Assembly (NCBI GenBank): GCA_016840405.1
Contig: JAEOSK010000011.1
Span: 2,634-66,633 of the forward strand
Source of the DNA: Candidatus Hermodarchaeum yapensis
GTDB lineage: Archaea; Asgardarchaeota; Hermodarchaeia; Hermodarchaeales; Hermodarchaeaceae
Direction of reading: 5' to 3'
Length of the DNA stretch: 64,000 nucleotides
The notes beneath the pieces are model-generated. The model had not been told where the DNA came from. It made no database searches and saw only the letters and a program-made list of their open reading frames with translations. A program made the position numbers and the translations under genes. Each line of letters begins with the position of its first letter. Within the stretch, counting starts at the first letter, position 1. Below, piece by piece: positions 9,329 to 18,616 of this stretch.

Positions 9329-10288
9329 TCACTCCGTCTCTTTTGGTGATTCAGTTTTCTTCTTTTTCGGCGTTTTTGTTTTCTTTGTCGTCTTTGTTTT
9401 TTCTTCGGCCTTCGCAGGGGTAGTCCGTTTGGTGCGTTTTCGTGTTGGTTTGGGCTCTTCTTCTTTGGGCTCTTCTTCTTTGGGCTTTTCTTCTTTGATT
9501 TCTTCAACTTTCTCAAGAAGTTCTGGTGAAACTTCAGCGATTTGATCACGAATCTTAGCGTATTTCTTTAAGAGAACTTCTTTTTGCATTTCGTGAATCT
9601 GGTGGATGCCTTCTTCAGCCATTTGAAGAGCAGTGGCTAATTCTTTCTTCGTGAGTTTACCATCCATCTGGAGAAGGGTAATTTCACCACGCTCGGGAGC
9701 CATTACTGTGGGAACATCTGCATCCCCAATTTTGTCTTCGATATCACTTAAATCTACAGCGATTTTCCCGTCGATTTTCCCTGCAGCGACTCCTGCAACG
9801 AGCCCTCGCATTGGAATGCCAGCATCTGCCAGGGCAAGAGCTGCCACTGTAGCACTGGCACACCGTGACCCCCCATCAGCCTCGAGGACTTGTATAAAGA
9901 CATCAATGGCAGCGCGGGGATACATTTTCAGGAATAGCATAGGTTCAAGGGCTTGGCGCAGAACCATAGAAATTTCATGCTCTCGACGACTAGGAGCGGG
10001 GCGTTTCCGGTCAGAAACAGAAAAAGTCGCCATACGATAGATGACCCGGAGCAGGGCACGATCTGATTGGGCTAAATGCCGTGGATGCAGTTCACGTGGT
10101 CCATACACCGCTGCGACGATTTTGTTCCTTCCATGTTCGATGTAAGCAGATCCATCAGCTCGGCTGAGGTTTCCCACTTCCAAGTGTATGGGACGAAGTT
10201 CATCGAGTTTTCGTCCATCCGTTCGAAGTCCCTTCCCATCAATTAGTGGTTGTTCTGCTTCAGCTTTCTTATCACTCATCTTTTTCAC
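9329..10288 (-). CDS. rrp41: Exosome catalytic subunit Rrp41 with K/E-rich C-terminal tail of about 70 aa
   Basis: 'GLRTDGRKLDELRPIHLEVG...ADGSAYIEHGRNKIVAAVYGP' is an RNase PH domain. The tail reads 'EEKPKEEEPKEEEPKPTRKRTKRTTPAKAEEKTKTTKKTKTPKKKKTE'. Confidence 0.9.
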   Translation of the reverse strand: MKKMSDKKAEAEQPLIDGKGLRTDGRKLDELRPIHLEVGNLSRADGSAYIEHGRNKIVAAVYGPRELHPRHLAQSDRALLRVIYRMATFSVSDRKRPAPSRREHEISMVLRQALEPMLFLKMYPRAAIDVFIQVLEADGGSRCASATVAALALADAGIPMRGLVAGVAAGKIDGKIAVDLSDIEDKIGDADVPTVMAPERGEITLLQMDGKLTKKELATALQMAEEGIHQIHEMQKEVLLKKYAKIRDQIAEVSPELLEKVEEIKEEKPKEEEPKEEEPKPTRKRTKRTTPAKAEEKTKTTKKTKTPKKKKTESPKETE

Positions 10289-10982
10289 CTTTCATATCAG
10301 CAAGCTTTGCACTAATGGTTTCACGAACGCGATCAGTTAATCCGCTAGTATGGGCTTCGCGTTCAATTTGACGAATTGCGTCAATAGTTATGTCAACACG
10401 GTCAGGACTCCCCTTCATCCAGACAACACCATTTTGTCCAACGACTATGTCGGTTTGGAGTTCGGATTTCAACATATTAATCATCGAACCCTTCCGACCA
10501 ATCAGTCGCGGTACACGAGCAGGAGTAATCGTCATGAGAACTCCTCCACGGATTTTTCCAAGTCCACGGCCTCGTGTCGTGATTAGGGGGTCCCGCGTTC
10601 GATCTGCAGCAATTATTTCAGCTACAACAGATTCACCGAGATCATACCATCTTCGAAGGTTTTCCTTTGCATGCGTCGCATCGCGACGAGAGAGGGCATG
10701 CATGACTGGGAGCATCGCAGGATATGGACTATTTATGTCCACAAGCCAGCCATTTAGGGTCACTTCAACAACTTTTCCGATGACAATGTCTCGGACTTTA
10801 GGAGTATATTGTCCCTGTAAGGGAACGACATAGATGGTTTTTCCTTTCATCTTTGCAAGTCCAATGACGGCTGCAAAGACTTGCTCTTGTTCTTTGTAGG
10901 CACCATCGCCTTGACGATAATCGCCTTCAGCAAGTAGTTGGCCAGGAACCACAATGTCTTGTTGTTCAAAATAAATTGACAT
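10272..10982 (-). CDS. rrp4: Exosome cap subunit Rrp4 (S1 + KH)
   Basis: 'VVPGQLLAEG', the S1 region 'GKVVEVTLNGWLVDINSPYPAMLP' and the KH region 'IGRKGSMINMLK'. Confidence 0.9.
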   Translation of the reverse strand: MSIYFEQQDIVVPGQLLAEGDYRQGDGAYKEQEQVFAAVIGLAKMKGKTIYVVPLQGQYTPKVRDIVIGKVVEVTLNGWLVDINSPYPAMLPVMHALSRRDATHAKENLRRWYDLGESVVAEIIAADRTRDPLITTRGRGLGKIRGGVLMTITPARVPRLIGRKGSMINMLKSELQTDIVVGQNGVVWMKGSPDRVDITIDAIRQIEREAHTSGLTDRVRETISAKLADMKGEKDE

Positions 10983-10996
10983 GTGAGTTTTTCCTC

Positions 10997-11770
10997 CTAT
11001 ATTGATTCTTTTTTGAGTATCTTAATTTCGGCGCGTCCACGGGTAAGGTTGTTCAAAGCATCTATGAGTTCACCGCGGAGGCCACCTGGAACCTCGACGA
11101 TGGCAATCCATGAGCCATCTTTTTGCCACTCATCCTTTGCGATGGTTCCTAATCGTTCGACAATTCCGTAGGCTTTGGGAGCAAAGTCTGGAGGGACTTT
11201 TACCGCTAATTGTTGGATTTCCATCCGAATAGGAATAACTGGTTGCAGGGATTTAACGACGTCCCGGACTTGCTCTTCTGCAGTCCGTGTGGAATCAATC
11301 ACTATATGAGTTTCTTCCATTGCGGACTCGATTCGTTTAGGTGGATGGGGGAGCCCGGTTTTAGGGTTGATGCAATTTCGGACGATAATATCAATAACCT
11401 GTCGTCGTCGCTTCTCCACCATTTCACGGCGTTGTTCTGCCGTGAGTTGAAGTGAACCATTTTCCAATATTTGCTTGGCTACCTCAAGCTCATCTGTAGT
11501 CCCAAATGCCTCTTCTAAAGCTTCAACCGGCGATTTTTTCCCCCGAAGGGCATCCTCATAGATAGTTTCCCCAACTAGCACCTCTCGGAGTTCAATTTCT
11601 TCACCTTGTTTGTAGCTCCAGGCTAGTTTGGGATCCACTACAATTTCAAAGCGTTTTCCATGGGTTTCAAATCGCGCTAGAACAGCATCACCTAAATCGA
11701 CGCGTTTATCGCCACGCATTCCTCCGGTTCCTGACATTACAGCTATCACTCCTTCATGGGGTTGTATCAA
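10997..11770 (-). CDS. sdo1: SBDS/Sdo1 family ribosome maturation protein
   Basis: 'VLARFETHGKRFEIVVDPKLAWSYKQGEEIELREVL' is typical of the SBDS N-domain. The position between psmA and rrp4 is conserved. Confidence 0.85.
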   Translation of the reverse strand: MIQPHEGVIAVMSGTGGMRGDKRVDLGDAVLARFETHGKRFEIVVDPKLAWSYKQGEEIELREVLVGETIYEDALRGKKSPVEALEEAFGTTDELEVAKQILENGSLQLTAEQRREMVEKRRRQVIDIIVRNCINPKTGLPHPPKRIESAMEETHIVIDSTRTAEEQVRDVVKSLQPVIPIRMEIQQLAVKVPPDFAPKAYGIVERLGTIAKDEWQKDGSWIAIVEVPGGLRGELIDALNNLTRGRAEIKILKKESI

Positions 11771-12479
11771 AAAGGGCTTGCACAGACTTCTCGTCTAATA
11801 GTGTGAACCGCTTATCTTTAGTCATTACTTTTGCAGCCATAAATCCCTCTGGTCGTAGGGGCGAAGCGGCTGTTGCCTTATGTACCCGAAGAGCTAATTT
11901 CAGGGCGCCCTCCACATTCAAATCAGATCTATACTCGCGTTCTAACATTGCATTCATTTCATCTGCTCCATTACCTACGGCTTGAGCCTTATAGCTCCAA
12001 AAGGTGCCAATAGGCGTAGTCATATAGAGTTGGGGCGCTGAATCAACTCCGACCATTAACGTTGAAACGCCATACGGTCGGGTGCCTCCCTGTTGAGTAT
12101 AGGATTGGACATGATCGCTTAGTTTCTTTCCAAGAACTTTAACTGAAATAGGCTCACCAAACGTTAGTTGATGGATTTGTGCCAATTCACGGCCGTAGGT
12201 TACCAGAGTACGTGCATCACCAGAAAGCCCAGCAATGGCTGCACCAATTGCATCGTCAATTGTGAAGATTTTATCATTATGATTAGGTTCCTGAAGAACG
12301 TGTTTTCGGAGGACCGCAGTGAGTACAACGCCATCGGTGCCACGAATACCAAGAATTGGAGTGCCCTTTCGAACCGCTTCGAATGCGTATTCAACCTGAA
12401 AGAGGCGTCCATCAGGACTAAATGTGGTTAGGGCGATATCGTAGCTCGCTGTCTGGCTTTGCAATGAGGGTGCCTCCAT
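11754..12479 (-). CDS. psmA: Proteasome subunit alpha
   Basis: 'YDIALTTFSPDGRLFQVEYAFEAVRKGT'. I place the start at ATG 12479 (MEAPSLQ...) rather than the ORF-track GTG at 12524. Confidence 0.9.
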   Translation of the reverse strand: MEAPSLQSQTASYDIALTTFSPDGRLFQVEYAFEAVRKGTPILGIRGTDGVVLTAVLRKHVLQEPNHNDKIFTIDDAIGAAIAGLSGDARTLVTYGRELAQIHQLTFGEPISVKVLGKKLSDHVQSYTQQGGTRPYGVSTLMVGVDSAPQLYMTTPIGTFWSYKAQAVGNGADEMNAMLEREYRSDLNVEGALKLALRVHKATAASPLRPEGFMAAKVMTKDKRFTLLDEKSVQALFDTTP

Positions 12480-12560
12480 CAACGTCTCATAAGAAGGGAA
12501 GTGTGTTGGCCCTCTTACTTTCACGTTACATCTTACAGTTTTGCCGTTTAGGAGCAGCGC

Positions 12561-12568
12561 CTTTAAAA
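12561..12568 (-). promoter_or_regulatory. Candidate TATA box (TTTTAAAG on minus strand) upstream of psmA
   Basis: Minus strand reads 'aagaataaaaTTTTAAAGgcgctgc', an A-rich BRE-like stretch followed by a TATA, about 80 nt upstream of the psmA ATG. Confidence 0.35.
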
Positions 12569-12614
12569 TTTTATTCTTGACTGCCTCTCAGGCTCAAGAA
12601 TGAACAAAACACAC

Positions 12615-12995
12615 CTAGTCCTGAACAAGGTGGATATAATAGACGATCCCAATGCAAAGTAAGGCCGTAAGGAGCGCAGCAAGCCCACCAAACCCAATAA
12701 AGGCAATAACAACGATGATTATCCAGATCAATACAACTTCAAACCATCCAGCCGTGTCTCCATACCATTCACGAAGGTTTCCAAGGAAAACTATCAATCC
12801 GATGAACATGATCGTCAAAAAAAGAATTGCCAAGATCCCTGTGACAACTGGCCCGAGTAGTTCCAGAGAAGGAAGCAGGGGACTAGTTGGGATCACCATT
12901 AGCGCAATGAAAATGCTGAAGATTATAACTGCGAACAAACTAATGAGTAATGTTCGCCGAATGTACCGACGCTCTCTACCTTTGTCTGACGACAT
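12615..12995 (-). CDS. Small integral membrane protein, unknown function
   Basis: From 'MSSDKGRERRYIRRTLLISLFAVIIF...' there are 3-4 hydrophobic helices. The upstream part of the 217-aa ORF overlaps the divergent JAMM gene and is probably not coding. Confidence 0.45.
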   Translation of the reverse strand: MSSDKGRERRYIRRTLLISLFAVIIFSIFIALMVIPTSPLLPSLELLGPVVTGILAILFLTIMFIGLIVFLGNLREWYGDTAGWFEVVLIWIIIVVIAFIGFGGLAALLTALLCIGIVYYIHLVQD

Positions 12996-13081
12996 TGACA
13001 ATAGCAGCCTCACTTTCACGGGCTTGGGATGCGATGACTCAAAAGGTGAGAAGCTTAAAAGTCTTTGGCTGTGGGTTCCCC

Positions 13082-13513
13082 ATGCCAGTACACCGTATCT
13101 GGACAATACGCATAACCAGACCACAACGCCGACAATTATACCGAATTCGGCATCGCGCCACACCCCTTGAAGGCGTCGCTTTACTTTTTGGGATATATGA
13201 GGATGCCAACACTGCAGTCCGTGTAGTAAGAATCGATGAAATGGAAAATGTGGCTCAATCCAAAGCAACCTTTGCGATCGACCCAGAGGAACAGTTTCGG
13301 ATTATTTCCGAAGCAGAGAATCAGGGATTAGTACAGGTAGGAATATATCACTCCCATCCTGCACCACCTAAACCCTCTGGTTGGGATCTAGAATACATGG
13401 CATATAATCCCGTTGTTTGGATTATTGATGGTGTATCAATAATTGCCCGACGAATGAAAGCCTATCAACTCATTGAGGGAAAACTGCATTCAGTTCGAAT
13501 TCAAACCGTTTAA
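13082..13513 (+). CDS. JAB1/MPN/JAMM metalloprotease (stand-alone)
   Basis: 'EGVALLFG' (the E...G region) and the JAMM motif 'HSHPAPPKPSGWD' (HxHx7Sx2D). Start chosen at Met45 of the ORF-track ORF. Confidence 0.8.
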   Translation: MPVHRIWTIRITRPQRRQLYRIRHRATPLEGVALLFGIYEDANTAVRVVRIDEMENVAQSKATFAIDPEEQFRIISEAENQGLVQVGIYHSHPAPPKPSGWDLEYMAYNPVVWIIDGVSIIARRMKAYQLIEGKLHSVRIQTV

Positions 13514-13692
13514 TTAGTAATGACAAGAGGTGGGGGCTCTCGGCTCGTCGCGAGATCGTCATAGCACAAGGCTCAGTATGGAGCGGCGGGGCTTCACTGA
13601 ACCCCGGAAAGTATGAAGGCTACGCGAGCTTTATCTGTTTTGGCACTCAACTCAAACCTGCATCTGACAGTCTTTTAATCAAGAGAAAACAG
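13514..13692. ncRNA. Unassigned GC-rich convergent intergenic region; possible small RNA
   Basis: A 179-nt spacer between two converging stop codons. It contains local stems (TCTCG..CGAGA at 13538-13555; GGGG..CCCC at 13587-13604). I could not place any tRNA, C/D or H/ACA signature. Confidence 0.25.
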
Positions 13693-14049
13693 CTATCTGT
13701 GTTTCCTAGGTTTGATTACATCTCGGGCATCGAGTTGTGGAAGCAAAGATACTGCTTTTCGAATCGTCCCACTTATTCCAACGACATGAAGCAGAAGCGG
13801 AGTTGAATTACAGTTTGTCATTGCTGCGAGGGCAGCCCGCAGAGGTTCCACCTGATCATGTTGGCACCGAAGAATCGCAGCGTGTGATTCTTGACGATAA
13901 GCGATTAACCAAAACCCGATGCGGCTAACACCTAATTCGCCATATAATTCCTGTAACTGTTGCCAAACTGCGTTCCGAAAAGTAGATTCTGAGGGAAGTT
14001 TCTCCTTCGTGTGAAGGCGAACCGCTAGATACCGGCGTCGAGAACGCAT
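13693..14049 (-). CDS. rnp2: RNase P protein component 2 (Pop5)
   Basis: 'RRRYLAVRL...' N-terminus and 'HVVGISGTIRKA' match the Pop5 patterns 'KKRYIAF' and 'GVSGTIKRL' (recalled from P. horikoshii). Confidence 0.75.
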   Translation of the reverse strand: MRSRRRYLAVRLHTKEKLPSESTFRNAVWQQLQELYGELGVSRIGFWLIAYRQESHAAILRCQHDQVEPLRAALAAMTNCNSTPLLLHVVGISGTIRKAVSLLPQLDARDVIKPRKHR

Positions 14050-14051
14050 AT

Positions 14052-14738
14052 CTAATCCTTCCTCCTGTGCGGCTTCGATGAGCCCGAATTCATTGAGGTT
14101 TGTAATTTCTTAATCAGCTCTAATGGTCTTTGTAAGATTGCATTCTTCGCTTCTGTCTCAGGAATGCTAGCCAGATAACCCAGTGCTGCAAGATCACGGG
14201 GAGCCCTTAACCCCCAATAATCTGTTGTACCGCTGGTTAGAATTAGGTTACATTTTGCTCGAAGCAAATGGTCTATTGCATTTTTCATGACCCGCATGAG
14301 CCGGGAACGGGCTGGTCCTTTATTGGAAAGAAGCTTCTGAAGGCAGATTTCAACTGGCTTGTCATTGTTGGCTAATGCTCGAGAGATTTGAGAATCAATA
14401 ATTGTGAAATCATCTAAGTCTTGGAGCATTATCATATCGACTTCAGGAATTTCTGCTGCAGATAACCAGACAGGTTTTGTGCGACCATGAATGACAAGAA
14501 GAGCAGCCTGATTACGTTGATTCTTCACAAGACTCCGCAGTCGGGTAGCACTCCGAGGTGTTAAGGTTACCCGCTGAATGATATTCAAATCCTTTTCATG
14601 GAATCTTTGACCGAGAGGTCGGGATGACTCAAGGGCAAAACCAGCAAATTCAAGTTCTCGAACCAAATCAAGAAAATGCTTAACGTCTGAATCACTCTGC
14701 CGTTGCGTTAAACGAACATCAAGATCATAGGTTCGCAT
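14052..14738 (-). CDS. rnp3: RNase P protein component 3 (Rpp30)
   Basis: 228 aa starting 'MRTYDLDV', of TIM-barrel size. The position between DUF54 and Pop5 is conserved. Confidence 0.7.
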   Translation of the reverse strand: MRTYDLDVRLTQRQSDSDVKHFLDLVRELEFAGFALESSRPLGQRFHEKDLNIIQRVTLTPRSATRLRSLVKNQRNQAALLVIHGRTKPVWLSAAEIPEVDMIMLQDLDDFTIIDSQISRALANNDKPVEICLQKLLSNKGPARSRLMRVMKNAIDHLLRAKCNLILTSGTTDYWGLRAPRDLAALGYLASIPETEAKNAILQRPLELIKKLQTSMNSGSSKPHRRKD

Positions 14739-14750
14739 GCGTTTCCCCTC

Positions 14751-15263
14751 CTAAATGAGTTTGAATTGACGACAAAGGCTTTGCAGTTCATCAAGAGTAT
14801 TTTTCGAACCTGCAAATCGGATTACCAGACGCAGTGAATCACCCTGGTTTAATATGCGTAAACGTCCTTGATAAGATTCCTGCTTATCAAACCGTAGAAA
14901 AATGTGCCTTTTCTTGTTGATACGACTCTCGAAGGTTTCAGCGATTTCCCTTCGATCTTCTACAAGGAGTCGATTTCCAATAGACTGCACAACAAGTTTC
15001 ACTTGCTTACGTTGGTCTAAGCATATTTCCAAACGAATAATTGGATTATGAAAATGACCGCGAACTTTATTCCGCTTGAATTTTAATAAGGCATGAACCT
15101 CTTCGGGAAACAGATTGGTAATTGCTGTTTTGACTTTCTCTTCATCCTCAGTTGCATGCACTAGTGCTTGTACATCAATTCGAGCTGGCCCCCGTTCCGA
15201 TACGGACACAGGTTCGTCACTTCCCAAAAGGAATTTAGTGCAATTACTTTCCTCTTCGACCAT
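14751..15263 (-). CDS. Exosome-superoperon RNA-binding protein (DUF54/COG1325-like)
   Basis: Assigned from the conserved position between rpl15e and rnp3 and from its size of about 170 aa. Start set at Met20 to limit overlap with rpl15e. Family call is from memory. Confidence 0.5.
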   Translation of the reverse strand: MVEEESNCTKFLLGSDEPVSVSERGPARIDVQALVHATEDEEKVKTAITNLFPEEVHALLKFKRNKVRGHFHNPIIRLEICLDQRKQVKLVVQSIGNRLLVEDRREIAETFESRINKKRHIFLRFDKQESYQGRLRILNQGDSLRLVIRFAGSKNTLDELQSLCRQFKLI

Positions 15264-15819
15264 ATTTCCCGATACTAGGACGAAGCTTCTCGGCGCCCTT
15301 TCCCTTGTGGCGTAGACCACGTGAAGTTTTACCTGCAGGAGTTAATCCTCGAAATACTCGACCCTTTTGAACTGGTTCACAAATCCAATTAATCCGCTGA
15401 TCAGCTTGGATTGCGGGATGAGAAGGGTCAACCAAGACTATCTCATACCAGAGACTCTTTCCATCCTCAGCGATATAGTAAGAACCAAGCACTCGTAGAT
15501 TCGGGAATTTTCGGGACGCACGTTCCTCAGCAATCCATTGCCGGCTACGACCAGGTGTAATTTTCACCGTTCCCATCTTCTTTGGTTTCCGACCCATCGT
15601 AGGTCGTGGTTTCCGGCGAGAACCGCGAGTTATACGCTGGCGAACTACAATGAAACCCTGCTTTGCACGATACCCAATTTGACGAGCACGATCAAGTCGA
15701 GTAGGTCTACTAATGCGGTTAGTTGCAGGCTCTTTTCGCCACTCAATTAGCCGCGTGCGAATCAGGGCTTTCAATTCTTTATCATGGCTAGCATAGAGCT
15801 CGCCAATGTGTTTGTACAT
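15244..15819 (-). CDS. rpl15e: Ribosomal protein L15e
   Basis: 'MYKHIGELY...IEWRKEPA...[23 protein letters not shown]'. Confidence 0.9.
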   Translation of the reverse strand: MYKHIGELYASHDKELKALIRTRLIEWRKEPATNRISRPTRLDRARQIGYRAKQGFIVVRQRITRGSRRKPRPTMGRKPKKMGTVKITPGRSRQWIAEERASRKFPNLRVLGSYYIAEDGKSLWYEIVLVDPSHPAIQADQRINWICEPVQKGRVFRGLTPAGKTSRGLRHKGKGAEKLRPSIGKYGRRGK

Positions 15820-15884
15820 CGACGTAGACGCCTCCGCGTAATAAGGGATAGCGAACCGCCATTGTATATAAAATTGTTATGCTA

Positions 15885-16844
15885 CTACTTGAGAAGTGCT
15901 AATAACTTCTCAGCGATAACCATGGAATTCGCTCGTGAAGCTTCATTGGTCTGAGCACCGATATGAGGGGTTGAAACAACGTTTGGTAAGGCAATGAGCT
16001 TTTTGAGTAGCTCGTTGGAAAAGGGAGGTTCTTCTGTAAAGACGTCGATGCCTGCCCCCCCGAGATGGCCATCAACAAGGCTTTGGTACAGGGCGTCCTC
16101 ATCAACCACGCCCCCTCGAGCGGTATGGATTAAAATTGCTCCTTTTGGCATTGCAGAAATTTCTCGCTTTCCGATGAGTCCACGAGTTTTAGGTGTTAGA
16201 GGTACATGTACTGTGAGGATATCAGAGACTGAAGCCAATTCGTCCGAGGATAGAAACTTGACGCCCAGTTTCTCCATAACCTCAATCCGTTCAGGCATGA
16301 TGTCAAAGCCAAAGACTGACATCTCAAATGCCAGAGCACGTTTTGCAACTTCTTCTCCAATGAAACCAAACCCCCAAATGCCCATTCTTCGTCCGCGAAG
16401 CTCGCCACCTTTACTTTGCTTCTTCAACCATTGCCCTTGTCGAATTCCTTGATCAGCAAACGCTACCTTACGAATAACAGCAAGGGCTAATGCGAAGACC
16501 AGTTCAGCTACTGACACAGAAGGTCCTTCGGGAGAATTTATGACAGTGATTCCATTCTCCTTGGCATAGGCTAAATCAACATTATCCAGTCCAACGCCAG
16601 ACCGAGCAATCACTTTCAATGATTTGCCGGCTTCAATAACATCTCGAGTCACCTTTGTGCGACCACGAACGATGATCGCATCATACTCCCCAATTGTTTT
16701 TACTAATTGGTCTTCCGTGATATCTGTCTGAAGAGCGAGATCAAATCCGGCTTTTTGTAATTGCTCAACAGCATCATCATGAATTGTATCTGCAACCAAT
16801 ATGCGACTCTTTGCCACTTTTTTCACCCTTTTTTCTTTGAACAC
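15885..16844 (-). CDS. D-isomer-specific 2-hydroxyacid dehydrogenase (phosphoglycerate dehydrogenase-like, no ACT domain)
   Basis: NAD fold '[14 protein letters not shown]', catalytic region '[15 protein letters not shown]' and 'PHIGAQT'. Confidence 0.85.
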   Translation of the reverse strand: MFKEKRVKKVAKSRILVADTIHDDAVEQLQKAGFDLALQTDITEDQLVKTIGEYDAIIVRGRTKVTRDVIEAGKSLKVIARSGVGLDNVDLAYAKENGITVINSPEGPSVSVAELVFALALAVIRKVAFADQGIRQGQWLKKQSKGGELRGRRMGIWGFGFIGEEVAKRALAFEMSVFGFDIMPERIEVMEKLGVKFLSSDELASVSDILTVHVPLTPKTRGLIGKREISAMPKGAILIHTARGGVVDEDALYQSLVDGHLGGAGIDVFTEEPPFSNELLKKLIALPNVVSTPHIGAQTNEASRANSMVIAEKLLALLK

Positions 16845-16934
16845 ATTGCTTTTCTAATCGGAACTAGCATTTTCATCTGCGAATGCTGCTATCGCTCTGA
16901 TTTATTTGTTGTCGTTATTATTAGAGCATGGAGT

Positions 16935-18152
16935 TTGGTTGTCTTGCTGATAGGAATCGTTGGAAAACCGTCATCGGGAAAGAGTACGTTTCTTAACGCA
17001 GCCTGTCGTACTGCAGCTAAGGTGGGGGCATATCCCTTTACTACCATTGAACCAAACCCAGGTACAGCCTATGTCCGCGTTGATTGTATCTGCCAAGAAT
17101 TTGAGGTTGAATGCAACGCTAAAAATTCCATCTGCCGAGAAGGAGTTCGCTTAATTCCGGTCGATATGCTTGATGTAGCAGGGCTTGTCCCAGATGCCCA
17201 CAAGGGTCGTGGGCGGGGTAATAAGTTCCTGGATGATCTCCGACGAGCCGATGCGTTTATTCACGTCGTTGATGCATCTGGATCGCTCGATGCTGAAGGT
17301 CGTGATGTAGAACCAGGATCTTGGGATCCCAAACAAGATGTTGAATTTTTGGAACGAGAAATCAGTATGTGGCTTGTCCAAATTTTACAACGGGATTGGC
17401 GTCGTCTCTCACGAAGAGCTGAAACTGAAAAAATGAGTATCAGTACCCTATTGGGAGAGAAACTTTCAGGATTACAAATACTTGAGACAACCATCAAAGA
17501 GGCGCTTCGAGATGCACAACTACAAACCGATAAACCCACGGAGTGGACTGACGAAGAGTTGGAAGTTTTTGTACAGAAGCTTCGGCATCGAGCCAAGCCC
17601 ATGGTGATTGCTGCGAATAAAATTGACCGAGCTCAAGCAGACCATTATTTCGAATCACTGAACCAACTCACTGATGAAACCGTTATCCCTTGTTCTGCCG
17701 CAGGAGAACTAGCTCTTCGAAACCTGAGTGAAAAAGGTATCATATCCTATCAGCCAGGAGCAAACCAATTTGAGATTCTCCAATTAGAAAAACTTGGAGA
17801 AGCCGAACGGAATCAATTACAACGTCTACAAACCGAAATCCTCGACAAATATGGTTCCACTGGAGTACAACAAGTACTGAATACTGTTGTTTTTGAAATC
17901 CTTCAACTCATCCCCGTATACCCTGTCGAAGATGCAAACAAACTCAGTGATCACGATGGGAACATCCTTCCCGATGTCTATCTTGTCCCAAAGGGAACTA
18001 CAGCCCGTCAACTCGCCTATAAAATTCATACAGATCTTGGCGACACCTTCATTCATGCCCTTGATGCAAGAACGAAGAAACGCCTAGCTGATAATTATGA
18101 ACTCCAAGCCAATGATGTCATCCGGATTGTTGCAGCAGGAGCCACTCACTAG
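16935..18152 (+). CDS. Obg-like GTPase/ATPase (YchF/DRG family) with C-terminal TGS domain
   Basis: P-loop '[13 protein letters not shown]', '[11 protein letters not shown]', 'DVAGLV', 'AANKID', and a TGS-like end '[21 protein letters not shown]'. No in-frame ATG lies near the P-loop. TTG at 16935 or 16944 is the likely start. Confidence 0.8.
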   Translation: MVVLLIGIVGKPSSGKSTFLNAACRTAAKVGAYPFTTIEPNPGTAYVRVDCICQEFEVECNAKNSICREGVRLIPVDMLDVAGLVPDAHKGRGRGNKFLDDLRRADAFIHVVDASGSLDAEGRDVEPGSWDPKQDVEFLEREISMWLVQILQRDWRRLSRRAETEKMSISTLLGEKLSGLQILETTIKEALRDAQLQTDKPTEWTDEELEVFVQKLRHRAKPMVIAANKIDRAQADHYFESLNQLTDETVIPCSAAGELALRNLSEKGIISYQPGANQFEILQLEKLGEAERNQLQRLQTEILDKYGSTGVQQVLNTVVFEILQLIPVYPVEDANKLSDHDGNILPDVYLVPKGTTARQLAYKIHTDLGDTFIHALDARTKKRLADNYELQANDVIRIVAAGATH

Positions 18153-18155
18153 CAA

Positions 18156-18587
18156 CTAGCCTTCACGTTCATAATAGCCCCAAGACTTCTTAGAACCAAA
18201 ACTCCGTACTCCTTGAGTTTGGAGCTGCCGTCGCAGCTCTTTTGCATGAATCGTAGTAATCTCACCTCGTTTTTCTAAAAAGTCGATAATTTGCATGGCC
18301 TCCTCATCGGTTGCACAGCGTCTTAGGAAATCGACTACGTCAGGAGAGTGGCTTGAAAAACGAGGTTTATCGGTAGTAATTGACTGCTGCGTGCGATTCG
18401 TTTCATCCCACCGAACGCCTTCTATCAAGACCTCGGATGTAGAGGACTTCATTTCCTTAGCTAAATGGGGTAACCGTTCAAGCAATTGTTCAGTGAGATC
18501 TTCACCTTCATCAGCTAGAGCATCGTTATTGTTAGGTTCAGAAGGAGTAGGTTTTTCCTTCTTGGATGGTTTTTTCTTCGAACCCAT
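18156..18587 (-). CDS. Hypothetical protein (K-rich then acidic N-terminus, helical C-terminus)
   Basis: 143-aa ORF with no strong overlap. I recognise no motif. Confidence 0.45.
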   Translation of the reverse strand: MGSKKKPSKKEKPTPSEPNNNDALADEGEDLTEQLLERLPHLAKEMKSSTSEVLIEGVRWDETNRTQQSITTDKPRFSSHSPDVVDFLRRCATDEEAMQIIDFLEKRGEITTIHAKELRRQLQTQGVRSFGSKKSWGYYEREG

Positions 18588-18616
18588 TTTGGATTACCCC
18601 GGCATGTTGAATTTAT

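Noticed and set aside
9328-9549. N-terminal 74 codons of the ORF-track 340-aa 'Rrp42' ORF (KKSPKKKSP...)
   Set aside because: It is an alternative-frame read of the rrp41 K/E tail. The RNase PH homology begins at the ATG at 9327, which abuts the rrp41 stop codon.
12996-13268. Upstream 91 codons of the 217-aa minus ORF, and the first 44 codons of the 187-aa plus ORF (12950-13081)
   Set aside because: The two ORFs overlap head to head. Trimming each to the Met that precedes the recognisable domain (TM protein, JAMM) leaves a normal 86-nt divergent promoter gap.
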